The notes under the pieces: generated by a model
Databases searched by the model: none
Told to the model about the DNA's origin: nothing
Seen by the model: the letters and a program-made list of their open reading frames with translations, nothing else
Made by a program: the position numbers and the translations under genes
IMG/VR virus record: IMGVR_UViG_3300010283_000005
Location: 78,408 to 142,407 of that record
Reading direction: 5' to 3' (one strand)
Length of the DNA: 64,000 nt
Source: a virus
Taxonomy: Duplodnaviria; Caudoviricetes
Part shown: positions 38,524 to 48,138 of the stretch, one piece after another
How positions within the stretch are numbered: the stretch's first letter is position 1
Layout: each line of letters starts with the position of its first letter

Positions 38524-41500
38524 ATGTTATGTGAAGATTGTTATCTGAATGGGACTTGCAATCCTATATTTCCATCTGGATCAGATAATCCTGATTTTTA
38601 TGTAATAGGTGACCTTGCTACTCAATACGAGAGCGATGCTAATCAGGTATTTTCCATAAATTACCCAGCAGGTCAGTACCTTATGAATACAATGATGTCC
38701 TTAGGTATGACTGCTGAGAATACTCGATTATTCAAGACTATTAGATGCTATCAAAAGACTTATACTGAGGACAATGAAGCATTGAGATCTCGATGTGGTG
38801 TATTTGCTACTATGGATATCTACAAGCATAATCCTAAGATTATCATTGCACTCGGATCTGAAGTATCTAAGTATTTCATCAAGGATAAGTTCTCATACAT
38901 TTCTAATGCTCGAGGTCGTATCTATGACGTAGAGATCAATGGTAAGATGTTCAAGGTTATGCCTACGTACAGTCCAAATTACGTAGTGAATAATCCGAAC
39001 CAAGCTGAGTCGTTCACTAATGATCTGCTTCATGCAATCTCTTACGTGAATGGTGAATTGATCGATATTGCTCAGAAAGATCTCCAGTATGCTCAGAATT
39101 ATGAGGAATTCAAGACTTATTTCGATGAGCATCTAGCCAATGCAGAAATGCCTTCGTACGACTTGGAGACTAACGCTAGGGATCCTAGAAGTCAGGAAGC
39201 TCGTATGGTCGGATTCTCCTTGGCACCTGATGGGAGTACTGGTATCTATGTGGTAAGAAATTCTCTGGAGTATAAGATGCCAGAGGAAGACTGGAAGAAG
39301 ATTGTCTCTCTAGTAATCGAGAAAGTCCTGAAGCAGAAGAAAGTTCTAGTACATAACTGTATGTACGAGATTCCGTTCACTGAGAATGAATGGCAATATT
39401 ATATTCAGAACTTCGAAGATAGCTTGATCAAGGCTAGGCTTCTGCTGGGTGGCAAAATCGGTGCTGGTTTGAAGGATCAGTGTATTAAGAATCTAGGTTA
39501 TCCTGACTGGGATAGCGACCTAGATATGTACAAATCCGCATTTATGCAGCTACTAGGTAAGCTTAAGCCTACTCCTGGTGGCAGGAATCGTTGGGATCTA
39601 GATTTCATCAGGAATCGAGGATTAGTAGCTCTGTATGATGAGTACGAACGTATCTTGAATGAGTCAGGGTTGGATGCTCGTTGCACTAATAACTACAATG
39701 CAGTGTCTCGAATCAGAGATGTATGCTTAAAGTACTATACTACTGAGGCGGAGTATGCTATCATCATGGAGCTCGTAGGCGAAGAGATCGTAGCATTGAT
39801 TGATGCAGGATACTCTGGACCATTCTCCTATGGATTTATTCCAATGAAAGTTATCACCAAGTACGGTGCTATGGATTCAGTTGGTACTCAGGACTTGAAT
39901 GAGTATCTTGATAAGCAGATCACTGATTATTCTAAACAATTAGGTATCGATCTGCGAGTAGGATACGATTACATGAAGCGTCACTACATTGCTGGTACCT
40001 GGATGGAGATGAATGGACTGTACTGGAATAACGAGGTAGCTGAGCAGGAGAAAGCTTGGTATGCAGAGCAGTGCTTGAAATCTGAACTAGCTATGATCGA
40101 TTCTCCATTCTTGGATGAGACCTTATTCCTTGAGCAGAGATGGATCTTCAATGATTATCTGGTCGAGAATAATCTGGATCTAGTAAGAGCTCAGCTCGGA
40201 GACTTTGATATCATGAAGTCTGGTATCAAACTCAGAACTACTGGAGAACTTATTAAATTCAAGGATATCTTGGAGCGTATGGGTAAAGAGTTCATTGATT
40301 ACAATCGTACTTTTATGCTTCAGTTAATTCGATCTAAGGCTCGTGAGCATAAGGATTATAAGGAACTTAAGTATATGTTCAATCCAGCTTCACCTAAGCA
40401 GTCAACTAAGGATCTGATCAATAGTATCTTAGTAACTGATGAGATTCGAGTAGCTTACTTGATGAATAAGCTGAATGTCATGCTTGATGATCCTGAGTTT
40501 GACTTGCAGAAGTATCCTATGTCGGATAGACCGTTATTCCAGGTACTGATCGATGGTAAGAAGTATAATAAGTATGTTGATGAGTACAATAAGCGATTGG
40601 ATGATGACGAGAATGATAAAGATATCATGGAAGAGCTTCAGGAACCTGAGTTCTACTCTGATGCATTCTCGAATGGAGTCGATTCCGAGGATGAGGATGA
40701 TGAATCAGGTAAGGGTAGGAAAGTCAAACTTACTACTGGAGACTTGTTCCAGAAGTTTGTAGAGACTTTCTCCAAGATTCAGCTAAGATCAAGAGAGATT
40801 CAGCTATTAGCATCTGAAGCATTGAACTACAGACTAGATTCAGTATCCGAAGGTAACATTATTGAGCTGAATAGCTACTATGTGATCTCTGGAGTAGTAC
40901 TCGATGACCAATCAACTTGGACTGATCGTTACTGGTTCTTAGTGAACTTCCGTATGTGGAAGAAATGCAATAAAATGATCACTACTTATATTGATGGTCG
41001 TAAGGTTGGTCGAGGATCAGTCTGGATCGTTGATGAAGCTGATCTTGATACTGGAGAGCTTCTGACTAGACGTAAACGATTGTATGATGGTCTTCCTAAG
41101 GAGGGAGAATGCTGTGTAATGCAGCCTACCTACAAGGTATGTACAGCCAATTCGTTCAGATGGCAGGCTGGTATGCATACGATTCCTGCTGAGTCGAGTA
41201 TCAAGAATATCTATACTTCGAGGTACGAAGGAGGATGTATTGCTGCACCTGACTTCTCGCAGATGGAGCTCCGTACAATGGCTGGTGCATCTCAATGTAC
41301 TGCAATGATCGAAGCATTCCGAGCTGGTGCTGATATCCATATGCAGAATGCTTGTAAGATTTTCAAGAAGAAACCTGAGGATGTTACTTCTGCAGAACGA
41401 CGTTATTCTAAGATGGCATCCTTCATGATCCTGTATGGTGGCGATTATCGTAACTTTGGTGAGGAGTTCTTGGATGGAGATATCAAGCTGGCTAAGTACA

Positions 41501-42183
41501 TCTACGATTCTTTCTATGAAGCTTACCCTGAAGTAGCTCAGTATATCGAAGCTAAGCATGAGGAGATGAAGAAGTACGGCAAGGTAACTACCTTGATGAA
41601 TATGTTCCTGAGTATCAGTCCTGAAGATGATGTCTGCCGAGGAGATGAGGGTAAGGCATTGCGTATTGCTCAGAACGCTCCTATTCAGTCTGCTGCTTCG
41701 ATGATTGCAGGATGCTGCCTGTATGAGATTATGAAGTTCATTGTTGATCATAACATGAAGAGTAAGATCATTCTGTTTGTTCATGACTCCATCGAGGTAG
41801 ATATTCATCCAGCAGAGATGCTCCAGCTAGCTTCTCAGATCGTGCCTATGATGAATAAATTCCCTAACGAGCAGTTCAACATGCCAGTTAAAGCTGACCT
41901 GGTTTTAGGTAAGTCTATTGGTCAGGAAGTCACCATTGAAGAAATTCATTGTAATGAAGATTTCACTGAGGGTGAGATGGTCTGCGAAGCTTATGAACAT
42001 GACTTCATGGCATTGATGAATGAGTGGAAGAAAGTCTACAAATCAGTTACCTGGGAAGATATCGATGAGCCTAAGGAAAAATATCTTAGCTGGAATCAGC
42101 TTTGGATTTCTAAGCTCGCAGTTCAGAAGGGATATGGTGTTACTAATACAGTAGTTCATCGTAGAGTCAAGGTGATCATCTGA
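38524..42183 (+). CDS. Family A DNA polymerase with N-terminal UDG-like domain and 3'-5' exonuclease
   Basis: Exonuclease motifs DLET, HN and YGAMD; polymerase motifs DFSQMELR, R..SK...F..LYG, NAPIQ and VHDS. The N-terminus parallels the 18660 UDG. Confidence 0.93.
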   Translation: MLCEDCYLNGTCNPIFPSGSDNPDFYVIGDLATQYESDANQVFSINYPAGQYLMNTMMSLGMTAENTRLFKTIRCYQKTYTEDNEALRSRCGVFATMDIYKHNPKIIIALGSEVSKYFIKDKFSYISNARGRIYDVEINGKMFKVMPTYSPNYVVNNPNQAESFTNDLLHAISYVNGELIDIAQKDLQYAQNYEEFKTYFDEHLANAEMPSYDLETNARDPRSQEARMVGFSLAPDGSTGIYVVRNSLEYKMPEEDWKKIVSLVIEKVLKQKKVLVHNCMYEIPFTENEWQYYIQNFEDSLIKARLLLGGKIGAGLKDQCIKNLGYPDWDSDLDMYKSAFMQLLGKLKPTPGGRNRWDLDFIRNRGLVALYDEYERILNESGLDARCTNNYNAVSRIRDVCLKYYTTEAEYAIIMELVGEEIVALIDAGYSGPFSYGFIPMKVITKYGAMDSVGTQDLNEYLDKQITDYSKQLGIDLRVGYDYMKRHYIAGTWMEMNGLYWNNEVAEQEKAWYAEQCLKSELAMIDSPFLDETLFLEQRWIFNDYLVENNLDLVRAQLGDFDIMKSGIKLRTTGELIKFKDILERMGKEFIDYNRTFMLQLIRSKAREHKDYKELKYMFNPASPKQSTKDLINSILVTDEIRVAYLMNKLNVMLDDPEFDLQKYPMSDRPLFQVLIDGKKYNKYVDEYNKRLDDDENDKDIMEELQEPEFYSDAFSNGVDSEDEDDESGKGRKVKLTTGDLFQKFVETFSKIQLRSREIQLLASEALNYRLDSVSEGNIIELNSYYVISGVVLDDQSTWTDRYWFLVNFRMWKKCNKMITTYIDGRKVGRGSVWIVDEADLDTGELLTRRKRLYDGLPKEGECCVMQPTYKVCTANSFRWQAGMHTIPAESSIKNIYTSRYEGGCIAAPDFSQMELRTMAGASQCTAMIEAFRAGADIHMQNACKIFKKKPEDVTSAERRYSKMASFMILYGGDYRNFGEEFLDGDIKLAKYIYDSFYEAYPEVAQYIEAKHEEMKKYGKVTTLMNMFLSISPEDDVCRGDEGKALRIAQNAPIQSAASMIAGCCLYEIMKFIVDHNMKSKIILFVHDSIEVDIHPAEMLQLASQIVPMMNKFPNEQFNMPVKADLVLGKSIGQEVTIEEIHCNEDFTEGEMVCEAYEHDFMALMNEWKKVYKSVTWEDIDEPKEKYLSWNQLWISKLAVQKGYGVTNTVVHRRVKVII

Positions 42184-42998
42184 TGTATGGCTATATTTAT
42201 AGAACTACTAATATAATCAATGGCAAGATCTATATCGGTAAACATAAGAGTGCAGAATTTGATCCTAATTATAAGGGATCAGGATCTGCACTATGGAATG
42301 CTATCAACAAATATGGATGGAGTGCATTTCATACTGAGATGTTATCTAGGTGTTTCTCATTGGAGGAACTCAATGAAGAGGAGATCATGCTTATCGCTCA
42401 TTTTAATGCTACTGATAGATCTATTGGATACAATCTTTTAGATGGAGGAGATGGAGGATCACTCTATGGTGAGCTCAATAGCTTCTATGGCAAGCATCAT
42501 ACTAAGGAGACTCGAGGTATCATCAGTTCAGTACTTAGAGCCTCATGGCAGGATGAAGACTATCGCAATCGTCAGCATGAATCTAGATTAGGCAATCAGA
42601 ATTCTGCAGGGACTATCTGGATTCATAAAGGTGACATTAATCATAGAGCTAATTTAGATAATATTGAGAATTATCTAGTGGATGGCTGGGAGCTAGGCTG
42701 CTCGCTAGCTTCTAGTGAAAAGAAGAGATTAGCTGCGATTGGTAGACAGAATAATCTAGGAAAAGTGAGAATTCATAAGGGTGAGCTAGGCAGAATGGTA
42801 GACAGATCTCAGCTAGAATTATATCTAGAATCAGGCTGGGAATTAGGAATGAAGCCTAGTGCTACTAGATCTAGACTAGGTAGAAATGCTCCGCCTAATC
42901 GTAGATACCATGTTACTTGCAAGGTATGTGGAAAGCAGTTCTTAGGAACTAGTCCCAAATCTAATAAATGTCCTGAATGTAAAGGAGGTGATACATGA
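42183..42998 (+). CDS. GIY-YIG homing endonuclease
   Basis: YGYIYRTTNIINGKIYIGKH, NUMOD3 repeat, two IHKG..YL..GWELG modules and a Zn ribbon. Confidence 0.9.
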   Translation: MYGYIYRTTNIINGKIYIGKHKSAEFDPNYKGSGSALWNAINKYGWSAFHTEMLSRCFSLEELNEEEIMLIAHFNATDRSIGYNLLDGGDGGSLYGELNSFYGKHHTKETRGIISSVLRASWQDEDYRNRQHESRLGNQNSAGTIWIHKGDINHRANLDNIENYLVDGWELGCSLASSEKKRLAAIGRQNNLGKVRIHKGELGRMVDRSQLELYLESGWELGMKPSATRSRLGRNAPPNRRYHVTCKVCGKQFLGTSPKSNKCPECKGGDT

Positions 42999-43411
42999 TG
43001 TTCCTGATATCTTTGAGTAGACTAGCTCTCGAGTATCGTAATAATCGATTACTCCTGGATAGTACTTATAAAACTTATAGTAGCTGGAATTATGATCTTG
43101 ATGGTTCTAGTACTAAGCACTTGCCTAAGTTGATTAGCAGATATAGTTCTATCGTAGCTGCTATAGAGGAGACTTACTGTGAGTACTCTATCAATCTAGA
43201 TTACCTAGATGCAGGGTCAGATAATCTGGTTAAGATTTTGCAGTATATCTCTAAACTGGATGATAAGGATATTCCTATGCAGCTGATGACTGATAGGACT
43301 AAGAAAGTCCCTATCAGCATTGAAGCTCTCAATCAGATCTATAGTCGAGCAGAGTTATCCTACCGATTAGCTAATGCTTCTCAAGTTGAGGATGAAGTTG
43401 TTATCGACTAG
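42995..43411 (+). CDS. Hypothetical protein
   Basis: 138-aa ORF with AGGAGG RBS. Confidence 0.6.
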   Translation: MMFLISLSRLALEYRNNRLLLDSTYKTYSSWNYDLDGSSTKHLPKLISRYSSIVAAIEETYCEYSINLDYLDAGSDNLVKILQYISKLDDKDIPMQLMTDRTKKVPISIEALNQIYSRAELSYRLANASQVEDEVVID

Positions 43412-43439
43412 AGTAAATATATCACTAGATACGTTTATA
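43411..43439 (+). promoter_or_regulatory. Phage-type promoter
   Basis: GAGT-N17-CGTTTATA. Confidence 0.8.
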
Positions 43440-43503
43440 GTTTTGTAAGTCAAAGGGGCTATTAGTTAACCACTTTGATTAACAATAATAAGGAGGTACT
43501 TAT

Positions 43504-44679
43504 ATGAGTGAAACTAAATTATATCACTTATCGGATGAACGACATCTGAGCAAGGATGCCATACTGAAGATCTTGCTGACTCAGGATGAGCTTATCTATG
43601 GCTATTTCAAGAATAGCGATGGTAGACTGATCATGGATCAGATTACTATGGATAATATCCATAACTTAGAAGACGACCTGGAATTCAGATTGTCTGAGGA
43701 ATCTGACAATAAAATGGTCGGATATACTATGGTATACGATGAGTATGAATCTGGAGGAGTCCATGGTAATACTCACAAGGGTGCTTGGAGATTCTGCTTC
43801 CACTTAGCAGATGAATATAACGTACGAATGGGAAGGTACCCCGAGCTTTTGCGTAATTCAGGAGTCCATCGACACCATAAGGATGAGAATAAGCTCAATA
43901 GCAATCCTGATAATATCATCAGATTGACTGCTTCTGAGCATGCTACTATCCACGCAGATAGTCTTGCAGTATCACATACTGCCGAGAATCAGCTCCGTAG
44001 CAGAGCAGCTATTAATTTCAGCTATATCATCAGGATGCTGAAAGATCTCAAGGATAAGCATGGCTATATCAGTGAAGAGCTGTATGATGCTGAGAAGTAC
44101 AATTACAAGGAGAAACCTGCTAAATGGCAGAGAATCATGGAGTACTGTGATGGTGATCTGGAGAAGCTGAATTACATGATCGATAATTATGATTTACTTC
44201 TCGATGCTATTTCAGAAGTCAAGAGATCTGGTAAAGTCTACTTAGCAGGTGGATGGTTCGATGATGAGCAGGCTGAACGACTTGAAGCAGTCAAGAGTAT
44301 TATTGTTGGTGCAGGATTCGAAATCTTTGCACCTAAGGATGAAGCCTTATGCGAGCCTGATAGTGATCAGGATTGGAGAAAGACAGTATTTGATGGTAAT
44401 TGCAGTGCTATCAATAACTGTAGCTTCATGGTTAATATCACTGATAAGAAGGATATGGGTACTATCTTCGAAGCTGGAGTAGCTTACGCATTACATAGAC
44501 CTATTATTTATTTCGCAGAGACCTTAGGTAACAATAAGTTCAACCTGATGCTAGCTCAGTCTGGAGTAGCAGTAGCTTCTTCTCGAGATGAGCTTAAATC
44601 GTTACTTAGAAATCCTATCCTGATGGAGTGCATACTGAATAATAGTAAGTATGAGGACTTTGAAGGAGACATCGAGTAA
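43504..44679 (+). CDS. HNH domain fused to a nucleoside 2-deoxyribosyltransferase/nucleotide N-glycosidase domain
   Basis: HRHHKDENKLNSNPDNI...EH...H (HNH); VYLAGGWF...DMGTIFEAGVAYAL.RPI...NLML (NDT family). Confidence 0.8.
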   Translation: MSETKLYHLSDERHLSKDAILKILLTQDELIYGYFKNSDGRLIMDQITMDNIHNLEDDLEFRLSEESDNKMVGYTMVYDEYESGGVHGNTHKGAWRFCFHLADEYNVRMGRYPELLRNSGVHRHHKDENKLNSNPDNIIRLTASEHATIHADSLAVSHTAENQLRSRAAINFSYIIRMLKDLKDKHGYISEELYDAEKYNYKEKPAKWQRIMEYCDGDLEKLNYMIDNYDLLLDAISEVKRSGKVYLAGGWFDDEQAERLEAVKSIIVGAGFEIFAPKDEALCEPDSDQDWRKTVFDGNCSAINNCSFMVNITDKKDMGTIFEAGVAYALHRPIIYFAETLGNNKFNLMLAQSGVAVASSRDELKSLLRNPILMECILNNSKYEDFEGDIE

Positions 44680-44690
44680 GGAGGAACTTT

Positions 44691-45317
44691 ATGGGATTAC
44701 CTGTAGAAGTTCTCGAAGCTATCAATGCAGCTGATGTAGTTGTATTTGAAGGATTCGAGATGACTGGTAAGTCCTATTTAGCTAAGCAGATCAATCAGGA
44801 TTACGATTCGATATTATATCGACCTGATTGGGAAGGCAGTATGACTGATAAGGTTGTCAGTAGAGGTAACAGATATATTCCAGGACTAGCAACATTAGGA
44901 TTGTGGAAGCAATTCCATCCTTATCTGCTAGAGCATGGTCAGTCACCTAAATTATTGATTGATCGATGGATGGCAGTTTCTTATGTGTACCAGATTCTGT
45001 ACAACCAGCAGTCAGATGCAATGAGCTTGGATGATTTAGTCCAAGCTCATCATTCTGCTGCTGAAGGACTTAATGTAATTATTATTCATAAACAACACGA
45101 GGATGAGCATGAAGCTCGGAGAATGTATGAGATATCATCAGGTTCTGCAGATCACTCAGATATCTACGATAGATTTGATGATTTCGATACTTACTACAGA
45201 TCATATCTGAAATTCAATGATACATACCTGGATTTCTACCAGAATCATTGTCATTTTCCTACTTATCTAGTATCCTCGTTAGGCAATAAGCTACTAGATA
45301 GGAGGAATGTAGAATGA
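44691..45317 (+). CDS. Thymidylate-kinase-like P-loop nucleotide kinase
   Basis: VVFEGFEMTGKS and LLIDRW...VYQ. Confidence 0.75.
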   Translation: MGLPVEVLEAINAADVVVFEGFEMTGKSYLAKQINQDYDSILYRPDWEGSMTDKVVSRGNRYIPGLATLGLWKQFHPYLLEHGQSPKLLIDRWMAVSYVYQILYNQQSDAMSLDDLVQAHHSAAEGLNVIIIHKQHEDEHEARRMYEISSGSADHSDIYDRFDDFDTYYRSYLKFNDTYLDFYQNHCHFPTYLVSSLGNKLLDRRNVE

Positions 45318-46372
45318 TCGTAGGAATATATACAGATGCCCATTTCAGCATTGCTAGTTCAATCCTGAATGGTACTTCAGGCTACAAGTACTCTGCTAGA
45401 CTCGATATGTTGGTCAATTCATTCAAATGGATGTATAAGACTTTCAAGAACGAAGGAGTTGAGCTTATCTTCAATGGTGGAGACTTGATTGATTCTGATT
45501 TCATCAAGGCTAGAGAGAGCTCTGCACTAGCAGAAGCACTTTCTTATGGAGGAGAGATCCCTGAGTATCATATCGTAGGCAATCATGAAAAAGAGGATAA
45601 GGCTAGTAAATTCACTTCATTGTCGATTCTAGATAAGAATCGTAAGATTACAGTGATTTCGGAGCCTACTAAAATCGATGATACGTTCTCAGTAATTCCT
45701 TATACTAGAGATCTTGATTATATTGATCTTGAACCTCTAGCTAATCGAGTACTGATTTCGCATATCGATTATGAAGGGATGAGCTTAGGTAAGATTACTC
45801 TGACAAGTGGTCTGAATATGCAGTATGCTTGCAATTACTTTGATCTGATACTTAATGGTCATATTCATGCTCCTGCAGTGTATCATGATAAGATTATGAA
45901 CATCGGAGCAATGGTAGGTCATGGATTCGACGATAATTACTCATTGTGCTATCCTAGTATCATGATCTTGGATACAGAGACCTTACAAACTCGGAGAATT
46001 GTGAATCCATATTCAGCACTATTCCTGAAAGCTAAAGTAGGATCAGTAGCTGATACTATCAAGTATCTGAAGTCCTTGAATAATCTAGCTAATCCTAAGT
46101 GTCTGAAGCTTGAAGTACCTTATACTATTCGAGATGAGATCAGAGATTATCTAGATTCTCAGTCAGCTACGTACAATCTGGTAGCTACTAGAATCTCTAG
46201 TAAGGTAGAGAATTCTACTGTATTAGCAGAATCTAAGGAAGATATCGTGAAATTGCAGAGCTACGAATCTGGAGCATCTGCTATGAAGAACTACGTTGAT
46301 CTGCAGTCTGATGACAGCTTGCCAGCACCTAAGGCTAAGATGGTCAAATTTGTAGAAGATTATTTGCAGTAA
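45314..46372 (+). CDS. Mre11/SbcD-like nuclease
   Basis: DAH, GGDLID, GNHE, SH and GHIH. Confidence 0.9.
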   Translation: MIVGIYTDAHFSIASSILNGTSGYKYSARLDMLVNSFKWMYKTFKNEGVELIFNGGDLIDSDFIKARESSALAEALSYGGEIPEYHIVGNHEKEDKASKFTSLSILDKNRKITVISEPTKIDDTFSVIPYTRDLDYIDLEPLANRVLISHIDYEGMSLGKITLTSGLNMQYACNYFDLILNGHIHAPAVYHDKIMNIGAMVGHGFDDNYSLCYPSIMILDTETLQTRRIVNPYSALFLKAKVGSVADTIKYLKSLNNLANPKCLKLEVPYTIRDEIRDYLDSQSATYNLVATRISSKVENSTVLAESKEDIVKLQSYESGASAMKNYVDLQSDDSLPAPKAKMVKFVEDYLQ

Positions 46373-46384
46373 GGAGGAGCTATC

Positions 46385-48136
46385 ATGAATATACAATTCA
46401 ATCGAGTCGAACTTGATGGGTTCATGTCATTTGATAGAGCTTCTTTGACTATCAGTGACTTAGGGATTGTTTCAGTAAAAGGTATCAATGAGTACGAGCC
46501 ACTCGCTACTTCTAATGGCTCAGGCAAATCAGCATTATCAGAATCAATTCTATGGTGCTTGACTGGTTCTACTTCTAGAGGAGCTACTGATGTAGCTAAT
46601 CACATTCTAAATAAGGGAGTATATGTGACTCTGGATATGGACATCGATGATAACAACTATGTCATTACTCGAGCGAAGAATCACTGCGATTATGGTAGTG
46701 CTCTAAAGATTGTCAGAAATGGCGAAGATATATCAGGCAATACTCTCACTAAATCTAAGGCTATCTTGGAAGAGGAATTCAATCATAGTCTAGATTATGA
46801 TACTCTGACTTCTATCATTATCTTGAGTCAGGGACTACCAGGTAGATTATCTACTTTGAAGCCTTCTAGTCGTAAATCTAGATTAGAGGAACTCAGCAAG
46901 ACTGATCATTATATCGATGCTCTGCAGACTAAAGTCAATTCAGCAGTTGCTGATCTGAATCAGCAGTTCACTAGTATCAATGGTCAGATCATCCAGTGTA
47001 CTACTAGAATCAATACTAGCAATATGAGCATCGGAGTTAATGCTCAGAAGATCAATACTATAAAGGAGAAGGCTAGCTCACTTATTGATGAAGCGACTGC
47101 TAGTCAACTTGAGTCAGAAATCATACCGGAGTTAAGCTCAGAAATTTCACAACTGAGCGCAGATATCTATCAGCTTACTACTCAGCGAAATGAGCTAGAA
47201 ACTAGAGGTAGAGATCTAAGTAGAGAATTTGATAGTAAGAAGCTTGCTAACGACAATTATATGACTCAGTATCAGAGTTATCATTCTGCAGTGTGTCCGA
47301 CTTGTAATCAAGTCATTGCTAATCAAGCTAATCTAGAAGCATTGAGATCTCAGCTCGAGAAGGACATGCAAGCTAATAAATCTAGATTGGTGGAGATTCT
47401 TAACGAACGTAATCAGATCGAATCTGAAGTTATCAGACTGAATGGAGACATTAGCCTGAAGCAGGAGAAACTCAATAATAGTCAAGCAGAGCTAGCTGCT
47501 TTCCAAGCTCAGATGAATGATTATAAATCTTATAGTAGTTCTACTACTCTGCTTGAAGAAGCTATTGATTCTGACAAGAAAGTGATTTTTGAAGAAACTA
47601 CTCGAAAATCGGAATTAGAAGCTAGTATTGCAGAGATCAATGAATCGTTAGCAATAGCTAATTACTTCAAGAACCAGCTATCTCGTAAATTCCGATCCTT
47701 CCTTCTAGAAGGAGTTATTGAGTACATGAATCATAAAAGTGAAGAGTACTCGCCTTACTTATTTGAGAAGCAGGGATTAGTAAGATTGGAGATAGATGGT
47801 AACAACATCAATATCTACTTAGGCAATCGTAGGTTTGAGGATTTATCAGGTGGTGAAGGACGGAGAGTAGACATTATTCTTCAGCTGATCCAGAGAGATC
47901 TAGCTAGGAATGAATCTGGATTCTCATCTAATCTGCTAGTACTTGATGAGATTCTTGATAACTTAGATGCTACTGGAGCAGATGCAGTTATCAATCTTCT
48001 TGAGTACAAGTCTCCTGATATTAATTCTCTGCTGATCGTTAGTCATAAACCTGATATCAATATCCCTAGTGATAGTACTCTTACCGTAGTGAAGAATTCT
48101 GATCAGATATCTAGAATTATGAAAAGCGGTGAGTAA
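46385..48136 (+). CDS. Rad50/SbcC-like ATPase
   Basis: SNGSGKS, coiled coil with CPTC zinc hook, LSGGE, LDE and VSH. Confidence 0.92.
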   Translation: MNIQFNRVELDGFMSFDRASLTISDLGIVSVKGINEYEPLATSNGSGKSALSESILWCLTGSTSRGATDVANHILNKGVYVTLDMDIDDNNYVITRAKNHCDYGSALKIVRNGEDISGNTLTKSKAILEEEFNHSLDYDTLTSIIILSQGLPGRLSTLKPSSRKSRLEELSKTDHYIDALQTKVNSAVADLNQQFTSINGQIIQCTTRINTSNMSIGVNAQKINTIKEKASSLIDEATASQLESEIIPELSSEISQLSADIYQLTTQRNELETRGRDLSREFDSKKLANDNYMTQYQSYHSAVCPTCNQVIANQANLEALRSQLEKDMQANKSRLVEILNERNQIESEVIRLNGDISLKQEKLNNSQAELAAFQAQMNDYKSYSSSTTLLEEAIDSDKKVIFEETTRKSELEASIAEINESLAIANYFKNQLSRKFRSFLLEGVIEYMNHKSEEYSPYLFEKQGLVRLEIDGNNINIYLGNRRFEDLSGGEGRRVDIILQLIQRDLARNESGFSSNLLVLDEILDNLDATGADAVINLLEYKSPDINSLLIVSHKPDINIPSDSTLTVVKNSDQISRIMKSGE

Positions 48137-48138
48137 CC

